Assembly: GCA_937625935.1 (NCBI GenBank) | Contig: OW569369.1 | Location: forward strand, 186,001-250,000 | DNA: 64,000 nt | Direction: 5' to 3' | Origin: Tetramitus jugosus | Lineage: Eukaryota > Protista > Heterolobosea | Shown: positions 22,619 through 34,293 of the stretch, piece after piece | Numbering within the stretch: position 1 is the stretch's first letter | Layout: each line of letters starts with the position of its first letter | Notes under the pieces: model-generated | What the model saw: only the letters and a program-made list of their open reading frames with translations | Database searches by the model: none | Told to the model about the DNA's origin: nothing | Made by a program: the position numbers and the translations under genes

Positions 22619-24631
22619 TTATGGTGCAATGAATAAATTGTCCAAGTATTTTTCTCGTGCCCAATGCTCTGCCTTGCGCACAACATCAATCATTTCGTCT
22701 GCGAGTGTCTCTGGTTGATCCCATTGAATAAAACTTCGACTGTCCCAGAAAATCTTCCAATTGACATTTGATGAGAACTGAGCAATTCGTTGCTGTTCCT
22801 TTTGATAGATGGGACCCCAGATCTTGATTCGCTTATTGTATTCGTCACAATAATCATCATAATCATCAATAATGTCCATTTCCAATAAAATCTTGGCTCG
22901 TCCACCAAAATCACATGTTCCATTGATTGATGCACCTGCAGTGAACACACCAATCGGCATATCACCCAGATATTGAGTCATTTTCGAAGTTAATTCATGT
23001 ACTTTCTTCTCTGTTTGATGACGATTGAATTGTTCGCTCCACACACTCAATGACCATCGATTATTAAACATATCAGCTTCACCAGCACGCGATCTACACA
23101 TGAGCTTACACTTTCCATTGTTTTGTTCGTGCAGACTCGTGTAGAAACTGTCATACTTGCACTTGTCTTGGGTCAATCCAAATGGCTCAAATATGGCCAA
23201 TCGCTTATAAAATCTCGCTTGTCGTTTTTGTTTCTCAATAATTTTCTTCACTGGTGCGCGACTCACCTCAGAGTCAATATTCGTAGAGTTATCAGACGCA
23301 CCATCAATAAATATCATACCGGCTACGTGATCAGGATACATGGACTGATATGTTCGAATGAATTGTGCACCCCAACCATGTCCTGCCAATACAATTTGTC
23401 TCTTGTTGTCCAACTCTCCCGACTGTTTCAACAAATGGTTCAACTCGGAAGCAATTACGGATCCAGTGCGAGGAAATCGTCCTAACTGTGACCACCCATA
23501 ACCTGATCGATCATACATGCAAGTTCTCGTTCGGTTCGATAACATTGGAAACAATAGGAACCAATTCATGGATGAAACCTGACCGATATCAGTCTCCAAA
23601 ACTAGTGTCACATTGGACATGGTCGTGTCATTCATCAATGTTCCCCCTTGACACCACAGGTGCATTTTGGGCCCGCGATGCATCTTTATCAATTTTCCAC
23701 TTGGTAAATTGTGTCTGGACAGCAACAATCGATCAATTGCATTGTTCAACAGTGCCATCAAACCCAGTATGATTCCAAACCAGATAACAAACCGTATGAT
23801 CCATCTCAATCCATTGCGAAACAGGCAACAACAGATTGCCATATCACACATGCTTGTCCATGCTGTTTTCGAACCAGACGTTGGACCCGATGATCCAAAC
23901 TCATAATCATCTTCCAAATCCTCTGTATAGTACAGGTACTTGAAACGGGTCATGAACGCACGAGAATCTGACGATGATGACGATGCAGAAGAAGACCGAT
24001 GATAAAAGTTTGAGGCATTATGCTGTGCCAATGACAAGTGCTCATCGTCATCCAACCGATTCAAATTATCAACCACAGGTTGTCTAGTCCTCGTAGCTGT
24101 AATGAACAACCGTATGGACAACAACAGTAACCACACACCAGACAACACTGTACACGAAATCCACGTAAACACACTTGGCAACTCAAAATTACTACCATAA
24201 CCGTTCAATATCATGAAACAAACACTTAAACCCAAGCACAACAAAAAGATGGCCGTGAGAGAGATGACTCGCGTAATAGAACCAGTAATAGAACGCTCCA
24301 AACGCTTCAATCTCGTCGCATGACGAAACGAGTATTGAAACCAACCACCAAACACACACAATTCCATCAATGTTCCCCAACAGAGAATGACATTGATGGT
24401 GGCACATGGCCAAATAGCCATGAATGGATTGGATCGATAGTGGTAACCACTAGATCGATTGAAAACAAGGAGAGACATGATGGAGGCGTATAGGACGCTG
24501 GCAATAAGGGAAAGAGAGCTTATGGTCAGTGAGACACTTGTGATCACGCGACTCGCAGTGAGTTTGGTGAGAATCGGGTGGCCGTGCTTCATCTCACCAA
24601 AGTAGGCCATTGCCTTTGGTGTAATGTTCAT
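22619..24631 (-). CDS. Multi-pass membrane protein with a C-terminal alpha/beta-hydrolase fold, apparently catalytically inactive
   Basis: About five hydrophobic helices, then MHLWCQG, TCMYDRSGYGWS, nucleophile elbow GHGWGA (Ser absent), YPDHVAGMIFIDG, and DSRSFIQWDQP (catalytic His absent). Confidence 0.8.
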   Translation of the reverse strand: MNITPKAMAYFGEMKHGHPILTKLTASRVITSVSLTISSLSLIASVLYASIMSLLVFNRSSGYHYRSNPFMAIWPCATINVILCWGTLMELCVFGGWFQYSFRHATRLKRLERSITGSITRVISLTAIFLLCLGLSVCFMILNGYGSNFELPSVFTWISCTVLSGVWLLLLSIRLFITATRTRQPVVDNLNRLDDDEHLSLAQHNASNFYHRSSSASSSSSDSRAFMTRFKYLYYTEDLEDDYEFGSSGPTSGSKTAWTSMCDMAICCCLFRNGLRWIIRFVIWFGIILGLMALLNNAIDRLLLSRHNLPSGKLIKMHRGPKMHLWCQGGTLMNDTTMSNVTLVLETDIGQVSSMNWFLLFPMLSNRTRTCMYDRSGYGWSQLGRFPRTGSVIASELNHLLKQSGELDNKRQIVLAGHGWGAQFIRTYQSMYPDHVAGMIFIDGASDNSTNIDSEVSRAPVKKIIEKQKRQARFYKRLAIFEPFGLTQDKCKYDSFYTSLHEQNNGKCKLMCRSRAGEADMFNNRWSLSVWSEQFNRHQTEKKVHELTSKMTQYLGDMPIGVFTAGASINGTCDFGGRAKILLEMDIIDDYDDYCDEYNKRIKIWGPIYQKEQQRIAQFSSNVNWKIFWDSRSFIQWDQPETLADEMIDVVRKAEHWAREKYLDNLFIAP

Positions 24632-24754
24632 TGCGATTGCGGCGTTGTTGTTTTTTTCTGTTGTTGTTTGATGATCTCAAATGGAATGAACTTTTTTTTT
24701 ATATATCGCTTTGATGAAGATAGGACGGTGTTTTATTGGGAAGAACTACGATCG

Positions 24755-25105
24755 TTAGAGCACGTTCCACTTTCCTGTTCTACGATACGAGTTGAGAGCT
24801 TTTCTGACCTTTTTCTTGACCTTTTCGTCTTCGTCATTCCACAGCTTCTCCAGCGTTTCGACGACTTGGAGTTCCATGCTAGCAGGGCTTCCATCGCATA
24901 GTGAGTGAACTACTTGGTCTCTCACCATGGCATTCTCGTCTTGGTACATCTCAAGGATTCTGTTCCAGAGTTCAGGAATCTCTTTCTTGACATGGCACGG
25001 ACACATCTCTTTGAGAGCTGCTTTTCGGACACGCCAATCCGTGTCGTGTGTCGATGTGATGAACTCTTCGACGGTGTCATATTCTAATTGGAGCTTTTTC
25101 GTCAT
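24755..25105 (-). CDS. Small HEAT-repeat protein with a CPC motif (may have an additional upstream exon)
   Basis: Three HEAT-like repeats (DWRVRKAAL, NAMVRDQVVHSL, DEKVKKKVRKAL); EMCPCHVK and LCDGSP motifs. Confidence 0.65.
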   Translation of the reverse strand: MTKKLQLEYDTVEEFITSTHDTDWRVRKAALKEMCPCHVKKEIPELWNRILEMYQDENAMVRDQVVHSLCDGSPASMELQVVETLEKLWNDEDEKVKKKVRKALNSYRRTGKWNVL

Positions 25106-25601
25106 TTCAGGTATTGGAGCTGGTTGGTAAGGATATAGTACAGGAGTTCGTTTGTGTGGTTGAGTTGTTCTTTCCTAGAGAAGCAGTCATTTGGTCTTTA
25201 AAAGATTACGACTGGCGGTCAATGTCATATTTGCACTCTTGACTCGAGCCTGACCATCTGGTGCCAATCCCAGAATTGCAGATGGAGCGGAATTCGTTAG
25301 GAAATTTTGTTGTATTAGTCGGACAAAGTTGAACTTAGAATGCAGAACTCACGCGTATATATAAAACTCATTATTGACTGATTGGTCCCATTTTATGACT
25401 GTTTCTTGATAATTGGGGGCAATTTCTTACATTTGCCTGATAAATTTGGGATTACAGGGCCAGTAGCGATTAGAGGTATCATGGTAGTTGTGAGTTGATT
25501 TAATGATCAGAGATTTGGCCTCTTTTAGAGTCGCACGAATTACCAACCAACTCGAATTTTCTCCGGCAGTATTTTGATGGGTTTATTGGACTTGAGTAAA
25601 A

Positions 25602-26633
25602 CTAACGCATCCATTTAGGTCTCAACTCAATATTCTTACAGATATCGTCAAGTGAGCTCTCCAAATTAGGATACTTGAATTCAAAACCAGCCTTCAATGC
25701 TTTCTCTGGAGTGACTTTTTGACCGTGGTTAAGAACCAGTGCTCTATCCTTTCCAAGAGCAACATCCAACAAAACACCTGGCATTGGAAAGAGAGGAAGG
25801 AAAGATCTGCTCAAATGTCTCGACAACGACTCAGAGAACTGTTTGGACGTGATCAAATCAGGTGCTACTCCATTGACTGCTCCATGCATACTTGTGCTGC
25901 CCTCCAAGCCCTTCTCCATGGCAAATATGTACAAGTTGGCTAAATCCTGTACGTGAATGAATGGAAACGGCTGTTTTCCCCCATTTGGATAAAAGGTGAA
26001 ACCGAGGTAGAAGGGAAGAGCCATTTGTACTAGCGCACCACCATCTGGGCCCAGAACGGCTCCTGGTCTCATCACTGACCAATGGATTGCGTTTCCATTC
26101 TTTTCACTCTCTTCACTGATGCTATTCTCGATGGCTTGGCAAAGCTCACCTGATCCATTCTTTGCAACAGAGAGCGGTGTAGATTCGGCATAGATCTGAT
26201 TAGGCTCATCCACAGGATAGATACCCACCGCACTCGTTCCCACAAACACTGGCTTCCTATCATTGGACAACTGAGTCTCCTGCCTTGACAAAAATTGAAT
26301 CAATTGACGCGTGGGACCAATTCTGGAATCATAGAGCGTCTTGCGGTACGACTCTGTCCATCTCCCGTCGAAAATGCTCTTGCCAGTAAGGTTAATTCCT
26401 GCTGCGATAGGTTTTTGGAAAGTTTTTAGTTCAGTCCATGTGGTAAACTCTAATTGTTTACTCCTTACAACTTGTTGTAAAGAAGGTTCGGAGAAATGGG
26501 TCTTGGCTTCCGAGGTAGATCGAGTGAGTACTGTAACGTTGTACCCCTTGTTCAATAGAGATTGGACAACATGTTTTCCTACGAAACCACTTCCACCACC
26601 TACCAACACATTCTTTGCTTGTCCAAGTGTCAT
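25602..26633 (-). CDS. SDR39U1: SDR39U1 / TIGR01777-family NAD(P)-binding epimerase
   Basis: VLVGGGSGFVG, RWTESYRKTLYDSRI, SAVGIY, PFIHVQD, GAVNGVAP, GQKVTPEKALKAGFEFKYP. Confidence 0.85.
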   Translation of the reverse strand: MTLGQAKNVLVGGGSGFVGKHVVQSLLNKGYNVTVLTRSTSEAKTHFSEPSLQQVVRSKQLEFTTWTELKTFQKPIAAGINLTGKSIFDGRWTESYRKTLYDSRIGPTRQLIQFLSRQETQLSNDRKPVFVGTSAVGIYPVDEPNQIYAESTPLSVAKNGSGELCQAIENSISEESEKNGNAIHWSVMRPGAVLGPDGGALVQMALPFYLGFTFYPNGGKQPFPFIHVQDLANLYIFAMEKGLEGSTSMHGAVNGVAPDLITSKQFSESLSRHLSRSFLPLFPMPGVLLDVALGKDRALVLNHGQKVTPEKALKAGFEFKYPNLESSLDDICKNIELRPKWMR

Positions 26634-26710
26634 ATCTGTGTTTACTTCTTTTTTGAGATCTTGATCCGGGAAAAACAATCAAAATTTACTTGTTGTTCCG
26701 AACAGGGACA

Positions 26711-29254
26711 TCAACTTGCGAACTCTTTGCCTGCCACAGACTGGATATTTTTCAGTGCAAGAGTAGAGTACTTTCGGATCTTGTCTGTCACAGAAGCTTC
26801 CTTCAATTGACACAATCTCTGAAGTGCACCAGCTTCGAGCAACGCATGACACATGGGTCTACTGAGCTGGGATATCTGGTAAATAAGGCGACAAACATCC
26901 CCAACAAGAGCACTATCCGAATTGTACGTCAGTTGTATCGCTATTTCTACCAGGTTAGAATCCAATAGCTTCTTTTCCTCTGTTTGAGGAAAATGAGTGA
27001 GACAATTGGTTAGTATCCTCACTCCTTCATTTTTCACGTCAGTTAAATGGTTCTCATCAATGAATTGAACCACTTTCTCGAAACTAAACACGGTGAGAAT
27101 AGATGCGAGAGTCTTCTGCGACCTTGAGAGTTTGCCCAATATTCTCATGACTCTTGATTGCAACTTAGCATCTTCCTTTTGAAGAATGAAACTCATGAGA
27201 CATTCACGGAGATGTGGTTTCATTACATATAGTTCATGAACAGAATTCGAGCACTCTTGGTTAGTATCACACAAGTTGCTAATGGTACACAAACAGTTCC
27301 ATATCACAGTTCTCTCATTTATGGATTGGATTGAGCCTACCAACATATCAATCACTCCTGATCTCAGCATGAAAGAGTGACACTCTTCATAGGCGCTCAT
27401 ATTAGCGATCGTTCTTGAGACCACTTTTGGTAAGAGGAGGTACTCTTCTTTGGATATGATCAGATTTGATATTGTGGGAATTTCGATAGTGGGAATCTGT
27501 CGATGTAGTTCAAGGGTTATCTCGAGGACTCGTAATGTTTGTGCCAGCACACATTGTGGTTCTCCTCGAACATATAAGAGTTGCTGACCTGCTTTAAACT
27601 TACTTAAATTGCTAAACATTAGGCATGATAGGAATGTTCGCTCTGATAGCTCACTCCTTAAAATAAGGAAGTTCGTACTTGGCGAATCGGAGTCGGGTTC
27701 TTGGATTCGTTTGTTCGTATCAATAAGGTATGAAGTTACTTGATTCAACACATGTTGTTGTAAGAGCCCTGCGTGAATTCGATTGTAATCAGATAAATAG
27801 GCCAGAATGTGTAAACTGTAGAATTGAATTCCCTTCCAAATGTGTCGCTGTGTCTCTGCGTCGAGGTCTGTAGATACATCCGAGAACTTGAGCACTATAA
27901 ATTGCGTCAAAATATCGAAGCCATACTTCAGAACAAGGGCATCAATTGCTGTATCCTTACTAGGGATAAATTTTGATATGATCTCCAAAGCCAGATACTT
28001 AAATTCATAATTGAAGTGACTGAGAATCAGAACAATATTGTGAAACATTCCACAAGAGAACATAGAGGATTGACAGTTGGTATCTGATGCAAGTAAATTA
28101 AGCAGATTGAGAGACTCTTTCTGAATCACTACATTTTTAGCATTTGTGTGATACTGCAAACCATGTAGAAACTCTTCTTGGGCTAGTTTACTAAACACTC
28201 TGTCCACACCTGATTTACACATTGATTGCAAAACCAGCAATACATACTTCAACACCTTGAAATTTCGCAAATTTAGTAGTTTTGTTACATCAGCTAAGAA
28301 ATAGATATGAAGTACAAGTTTCTCAGCTATTACTCTCGAATTCTTTACAGTTGCCAGTATCGATTTCAAGATAAGAATAGATTCCTCGAGATACGATAGA
28401 ACGGAGGATGAAACTAAATCATGTAATTTCTCTAGAAGTTGATCCACCACTCCATTTTGAATCAGGATTCCCCTAGCCCCTTTACCCAACAATAGTTTAC
28501 ACAAAATATGAAGAGAAGTTATCTTACCGTTTGGACGGTTGTTGGATCTGCGCCCCAGAACATCTTTTTGTAACATCTGATCGACTAACATATCCATTAC
28601 AACATGGTTGTTGGCAATATGCGGATGAAAAGTTTCTAACAATATTTCTTTTGGTCAGTGTTGAAGCTTGACAACTCTGTTAAGAAGTAGGAACTTACTG
28701 TTCTTTAGAAAATCATTAATCCGATTCGTATTCAACTCTCCTGAGATCTGTGCTTCTTGTATACACTTGGCCAAGTATTCTTGAAAATCTCTGAGGGGAA
28801 TCACTGAAAAGTCGTCTCTCTGCTCAGTTCTTCCAAGCTCAAGTTTTGCTTTGATATTTCGTTGTGGAGCTTTTGACTTTGATCTGATGTCCTCATCGTT
28901 AGATGAAGGTTTAATAGGCTCTTGTATTCCAGATATACGAACTTCCTTCATTCTACTGTCAGAGTTGTCTGTATCCAAGTTCTCATCGTTCTCTAGGAAC
29001 GAACTGTTTTCGGTTTCTCCAACTTCTCCTGTTCTTTCATATTTTATGATCAATGGATGTATTGTAGAGGATAAATTCCAGTCATTCTTCAGCTCTAACC
29101 TCAATTGGCATCGAACTTTCAACAGCTTAATGTGTGGTTCTTCCTCAATCATCTTTTCTAGCTCCCACCGAGGAAGAGGAAAATGAGTAAATGGTTGACA
29201 TCGAGAAATTATTGACTCGTCACATGACCGTCTCAATGATTCATAGTGCTGCAT
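26711..29254 (-). CDS. Armadillo-repeat protein; exons 29254-28699 and 28647-26711
   Basis: Leu-rich ~42-aa repeats (RTIANMS..GVIDMLV, CLCTISNL, AGALQRLCQL). A 51-nt GTAAGT..CTGAC..AAG intron at 28698-28648 joins the two ORFs. Confidence 0.75.
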
Positions 29255-29356
29255 CCGTGTGTGTAAAGTGTTTGTTTTTGATTCTTTCGTATGTTTGACT
29301 GACTGTCGAGACGAGAGGAAAAAACATGTTGAGCCCTTAACGATCAAGAAAAAGTT

Positions 29357-32107
29357 TTATTCGAGCTTGTACCTCAACATTAATTGCTCCAATTTGGTAG
29401 ACGCATACTGTTGTTTCCACCTGATAGCTTCTTCATTGTACTTTGCCTTATCGTCTTTGTACAGAGCACCTTTGACCGAATCTAAAGCATCATCGAAGTT
29501 TGGCTCTTTCAACATATCAGATATATTCTGCAAAATATCAACCATAGAGATCAATGGTGACCAGCTAGTTGATAAGATTTCATGACAAATCTTACCATCA
29601 TTATTGACATTGCAATGGTAGATCTTGGTTTCAAATCTGATTGTAGGAGCACTCATTGGATAATCTTCTGGGAATTGAATATACATTAGCCAATGACCAC
29701 CGGAATAAGGTGTCCCTGTTTCTCCAGTGTAAATAATCTTCCAGAATGAGAAGTCTACTTCATCCATGAATGCTGTAAATTGCTTAAATTTGTGCTTATG
29801 ACATTTGGAGAACTCCAACAAGATTCGTTTGGGTCTCCCGGATGTCGAGAAACTCTTTTTCTGTGCTGGGTTTCCCAATTCTTCCTCCTTGGTCCCTAAA
29901 ACTCCTTTATCATGGCCAACAGCTTTTCGAGTGAGATCAGGAATCTTTCTTTCTGGTTTAGAAATGTGTGGATACTTGGATTCATCCTTGTGTTCCAACA
30001 AGGACTTCTCATCCTTGACTGCAACAGGGTCGTGATCGAGAGGCTTTCGTTCTCTAGTAGACAAAACAGGTTCTGATTCAAACAAAGCAAGACCCGACTG
30101 TACGGAATCAACTTTGAAGCACCAACCGCCAGAAGCGCTACTTATACATTTCAATACACTACCCTTTGGGCCAATTGTAACACAATCGAGCATCACATTA
30201 TGAAGTTGCAGGTATTGAGCGATCTTATGAGGCTTGTTATTGGAATTATCCTCTCCATCTGTCAAGCAAAATATCCTCTTTTTGTAGTTCTTGTGTAACC
30301 AGTTCTTGTTCTTATTTTCAAACTCAACAATCCTTTCAACAACTCTTTCGATGGCATAATAGAGCTCAGTAGCTCCTTCATCGGCTGCTATAGATCCCAA
30401 ATTGGTCGACAGCCGTTCAAAGTCGGTCGAAATTGGAGAAGTTTCTCTCAAATTTTCTCCAAAACATAATAGACCAACCGCATGAGCTAGATCTAAGCCA
30501 ATAAGTTTATCTACCAGAGCACCGAAATAAACCTTGGCTGCTTCAATACTCGTTGTTCCATCCTTGTAAGAAATAGCATTCATAGAAGCACTGACATCTA
30601 ACATAATCATATCAATCTGGTCAATCATTCTGTTACGTCTATCTGAACTGGACTTTGGCTTTTTCAGCACATCAAAGTCATTGCCACTCTTAAGTTCAGC
30701 TAGTTGAATGGTCTGCGTCCTAAGAGAAGGGGCAAATACATTGTATCCTTCACTGCCTTTCATCTTTCCTGTTAAGTAAACAGTAGTACCTGTTGCTTCT
30801 ACGGCCATGATATGATCTTCTGTTTGGTCTCCTGGAGCGAAGCATAGGCCTTTAAATATATCCTTCTTTGTTAAGATTTTCCAATATTCTTCATAGTCTT
30901 TAGAAGACCATCTCGCTATGTTTTCTTTCTTCGACAAATCTGTGCTTGAATCCCAGCACACATACTCTGACAAGTGATTTTGATTCGTACTTATCAATAC
31001 TTGTATGAGACACTTGATGTCAGGAACAGGCTCGATCTCCCCAGTGCTTTGCACTTTGATCAAAGTTGTTTTGTCCTCTAACTTCAGTCTGTCGGTACCT
31101 GGGATATAGACAGGCTCTTTCAACAACTCTCCATCCCAACCAACTATATTAAGAGTCGAATAGAAATCTGGTTCACAAGTTGTTACATCTGTGGTTGAAA
31201 ACAGTTGTGCCCAAACTATTGGAGCTTCGTGCAAGATGTTCTTATCTGAAACAGACAGAGGCAATACTTGTCTGAAATAATACATTAAAGCCTCAGTGAT
31301 GAGAGACTTCTCAAAGTTCATACCAGTGCCGAAAATGATATGATAGAATGCAAGTACTGCCGGAGGAAAATCTAACACTCTTCTCAAAGTCTGGAAGAAG
31401 TGAGCATGACTGAAAATTGTCATATCAATCAGAATGTGTCTCAGAGAGTGTAGTGTACAAATAAAGGTGGATATGGCTTGCTCAGAGGGATCCTCAATAC
31501 CATCGATTTGAACCTTCCAATAATCTGAGAACTGATAGAAAAGCTGAACCTCTGAATTCATAGTGTACATATTGGGCACTAACTCTTGCTTGATGAAAAA
31601 TGCATAAACAGTCTGGTCATTCCTGAGTCCAATCTGAGTTAAATTGAGATCCTTTGTCTGCCCATTGTAGAAAATTGGCATTCTATCTGTGAACAATTGG
31701 CAAAAGAGCCCCTTGTTCTCCAGTCCTTCAATCTTAATAATCTGGTGTGCCAATTGTGCAATAGTTGAGTTCGGATCAACCTCCACAGTTTTGTAGCTCC
31801 TTCCCAAGCTCTTGATCGTCACCCTTATTTTGGGTTGGTTGGATGTTGTTGATTCGTCTCTGCTAGTGCTTGTTGAGGAAGATTCCTCTCCAGAGTGATC
31901 AACTAAAATATCCTTATCCTTGATGTCTAGGTCATCCAAAGTGTCCTCATCACCTAGTTCACATCCATCAAAATAGAGACTGAAAGAACTAGGTGTCACT
32001 GGTACTTTTGCTCGTTGGATGACTGCCTCCTTCACCGAAATGATAGTAGAAGAACCTTTGAAGGGCAAGGCGTATGCCTTCCCTTGAAATTGGACCTTGA
32101 GAGGCAT
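29357..32107 (-). CDS. Fusion protein: two ubiquitin-like domains, central helical/U-box-like region, vWA domain, C-terminal UBC (E2) domain
   Basis: UBL1 LYFDGCELGDEDTLDDLDIKDKD; UBL2 IRVTIKSL..VEVDPNSTIAQL; vWA MIDAS DVSAS..T..LTDGED; E2 TPYSGG..FPEDYPMSAPTIRFETKIYHCNVNNDGKIC with the catalytic Cys intact. Confidence 0.88.
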   Translation of the reverse strand: MPLKVQFQGKAYALPFKGSSTIISVKEAVIQRAKVPVTPSSFSLYFDGCELGDEDTLDDLDIKDKDILVDHSGEESSSTSTSRDESTTSNQPKIRVTIKSLGRSYKTVEVDPNSTIAQLAHQIIKIEGLENKGLFCQLFTDRMPIFYNGQTKDLNLTQIGLRNDQTVYAFFIKQELVPNMYTMNSEVQLFYQFSDYWKVQIDGIEDPSEQAISTFICTLHSLRHILIDMTIFSHAHFFQTLRRVLDFPPAVLAFYHIIFGTGMNFEKSLITEALMYYFRQVLPLSVSDKNILHEAPIVWAQLFSTTDVTTCEPDFYSTLNIVGWDGELLKEPVYIPGTDRLKLEDKTTLIKVQSTGEIEPVPDIKCLIQVLISTNQNHLSEYVCWDSSTDLSKKENIARWSSKDYEEYWKILTKKDIFKGLCFAPGDQTEDHIMAVEATGTTVYLTGKMKGSEGYNVFAPSLRTQTIQLAELKSGNDFDVLKKPKSSSDRRNRMIDQIDMIMLDVSASMNAISYKDGTTSIEAAKVYFGALVDKLIGLDLAHAVGLLCFGENLRETSPISTDFERLSTNLGSIAADEGATELYYAIERVVERIVEFENKNKNWLHKNYKKRIFCLTDGEDNSNNKPHKIAQYLQLHNVMLDCVTIGPKGSVLKCISSASGGWCFKVDSVQSGLALFESEPVLSTRERKPLDHDPVAVKDEKSLLEHKDESKYPHISKPERKIPDLTRKAVGHDKGVLGTKEEELGNPAQKKSFSTSGRPKRILLEFSKCHKHKFKQFTAFMDEVDFSFWKIIYTGETGTPYSGGHWLMYIQFPEDYPMSAPTIRFETKIYHCNVNNDGKICHEILSTSWSPLISMVDILQNISDMLKEPNFDDALDSVKGALYKDDKAKYNEEAIRWKQQYASTKLEQLMLRYKLE

Positions 32108-32249
32108 GACTAATGTAGAGGAGTGCTTGTTGTGTTTTTTCCAGGTTCAGACCAACACGACACATCAAGTTTTCCCTTACAATATCAACTTCTGCAGGAG
32201 AATCTATATTTCACAGTTTCTCCGAGCACCTGACGGGGTAGCTACAATT

Positions 32250-34230
32250 TTTCGAGCCAAATTTCTTCCTTCATAGAATCCGTATGAGAACAAGTTAATT
32301 TCTGCAATCATGTCGCTATCAGGAATCATCATAGCAACACATCTTGCCTGGAATTCATTGTGATGAAGATTTCACAGGAGGATCAATATCAATCTCTAGC
32401 CTTGTTTAGCAGCAACAGCAATTGAACCACAGAGAGAACCTTAATAAATTCGTCAAAACAGGATCATGCTCCACTACTTGCCAGTATCGGAACTATGGAA
32501 TAATAAAAAAAATTTGCTTTCGCCGAATCATTTTTCCATCAAAACCGGGAAATAGGTCAATTTTCTGTATGGAGTGTCTACGTTCATACAATGGTGGAAC
32601 CACCTCTTCCCATTTCGAATAGAGAAGTTAAGCGCCATCTGGCTGAGTTAGTATTGAGATAGGAGACTACTCGAGAACCCTCAGTAATGTAGGCTTTTGC
32701 TTCAGAGTGGATCCTAGTTCGTTTATCACATATTTACAGATGAAAAATTTCAATGAGAAGCAGTTCTCTTCTCCATCGTATTCTTAGAGCAGATTCTTCC
32801 CTTCTTCTTGCTAAGCACCAGAGAGTGCAGCTCTTGACAATGTCAAGTGTTTCATTGTAGTTAATATTTCTTGTTCCCTTTGCAATAATGTTCTTTGGCG
32901 AGAGGTTGCTTGGTTCCTTGAGTGCGCACTTCTTGATCATGGCTCTTCGTGTGTTTGAGTTGGACATTGTGTGATGGTTGGTTGTCCTTGTTCAGGTTGT
33001 TGGTCAGTCCAATCCAGACCACAAATTGGCTTTAAAAATTTGCATTGCGTTTCCAGATAATTTTCTCTTCTATCATTTGGAGATCCCGAACTTTCCCAGA
33101 AGAACTTTTTTGTGCAAGTCGAGGAAACCACATTGGTAGGGCGATCCCCTTGCAGATTTCTCACATGTTTTAATCTGCGAACGAATGTGGTACCAAGAGG
33201 GTTTGAGCACCAATCCAACTCAGATAACACACCAGTTTGAAGACCTCATAGTGCACGGTGGCAAAGCCACTGGTGGATCAGAGCTCTATTCCGAGTTTCT
33301 GATCCATTTTCCTCTCCAAAGTAACAGAAGAAAGTTGTAACAACGAAGTTAGCGCTTAAAATACATGGGGTCCGTTGAATTTATCCCATTTTCGTGGGCG
33401 AATGTTCTTTGGCAAGAAGAAATCCATGAGTGTTTGAGAGTCATTCAAGGCTGTTTCGAATAGATCGAACCACAGGGGAGTCTCAATCCTCTCACTTTTT
33501 CCACTCCTAGTGTACATACGGATGAGTATGTATGCTGGGAATAAAGACAAGCTAAAGTGAACATTTTATGCATGATGATACCAAAACAGTCATGATATTT
33601 CTGTGTTAAGAGTTCCAGTATCATACAATGAGCTTCACACTGACCACAATTTGACTAATTGAATCATTAAACTTGTGAGTAGCATAAGAACAGATCTCTT
33701 CACTTTCAAGATTGAGTTGTCAGAAGATGAGTTTTTTATTGACAGTTAAGAACTTGAACCAGGTTCTTTTGATTCAAACACTTTATGAGGATATCCAGCA
33801 ATCGAAACTAAAAGATAAATCGAATTCATTCTCTTACCAAGTGAGAGGTTGTGTTGCTTTCTATTTACTGGATTGATGTGGCGGATACCAGGCTTTTGGC
33901 TCCTAACCACACACCTGTTTTGAACAGGCTGAACTGCGAAAAGAAGTAGTTGAAGGACTTGTGTTCTGCTTTGGACTAGGTTGTTGCTCTCTGATCCTCA
34001 AATTTATTGCGGAACCAGGAGATATTCCCCATCAGATTATTGTGGTTTCGCAGAAGTTCTCCTTCGAAAAAGAACTTGTTTTTTGCTTCCCTGCGTAGAT
34101 GGAATACAACACGCGGTTGCTCTGTATTACTCTGTCTTCATTTCTTTTAGTTTCCCACTGTGATGCATCGACTCTTCACCCAGCACACAAAACTACGGGC
34201 CTTTCGCTGCGCTTCTTGTTTCATCCCATT
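32250..34230 (-). pseudogene. Possible decayed coding sequence
   Basis: 2 kb with no long ORF in an otherwise gene-dense window. Minus-strand ORF fragments (33356-33550, 32937-33230) read as protein-like but are broken by stops, and no convincing intron set was found. Confidence 0.25.
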
Positions 34231-34293
34231 TTTCATCAGTTCGGTCTTTTTGGCGCCACTTCTGCCCGCTGAAACTACAAACAAAAAGGAACG

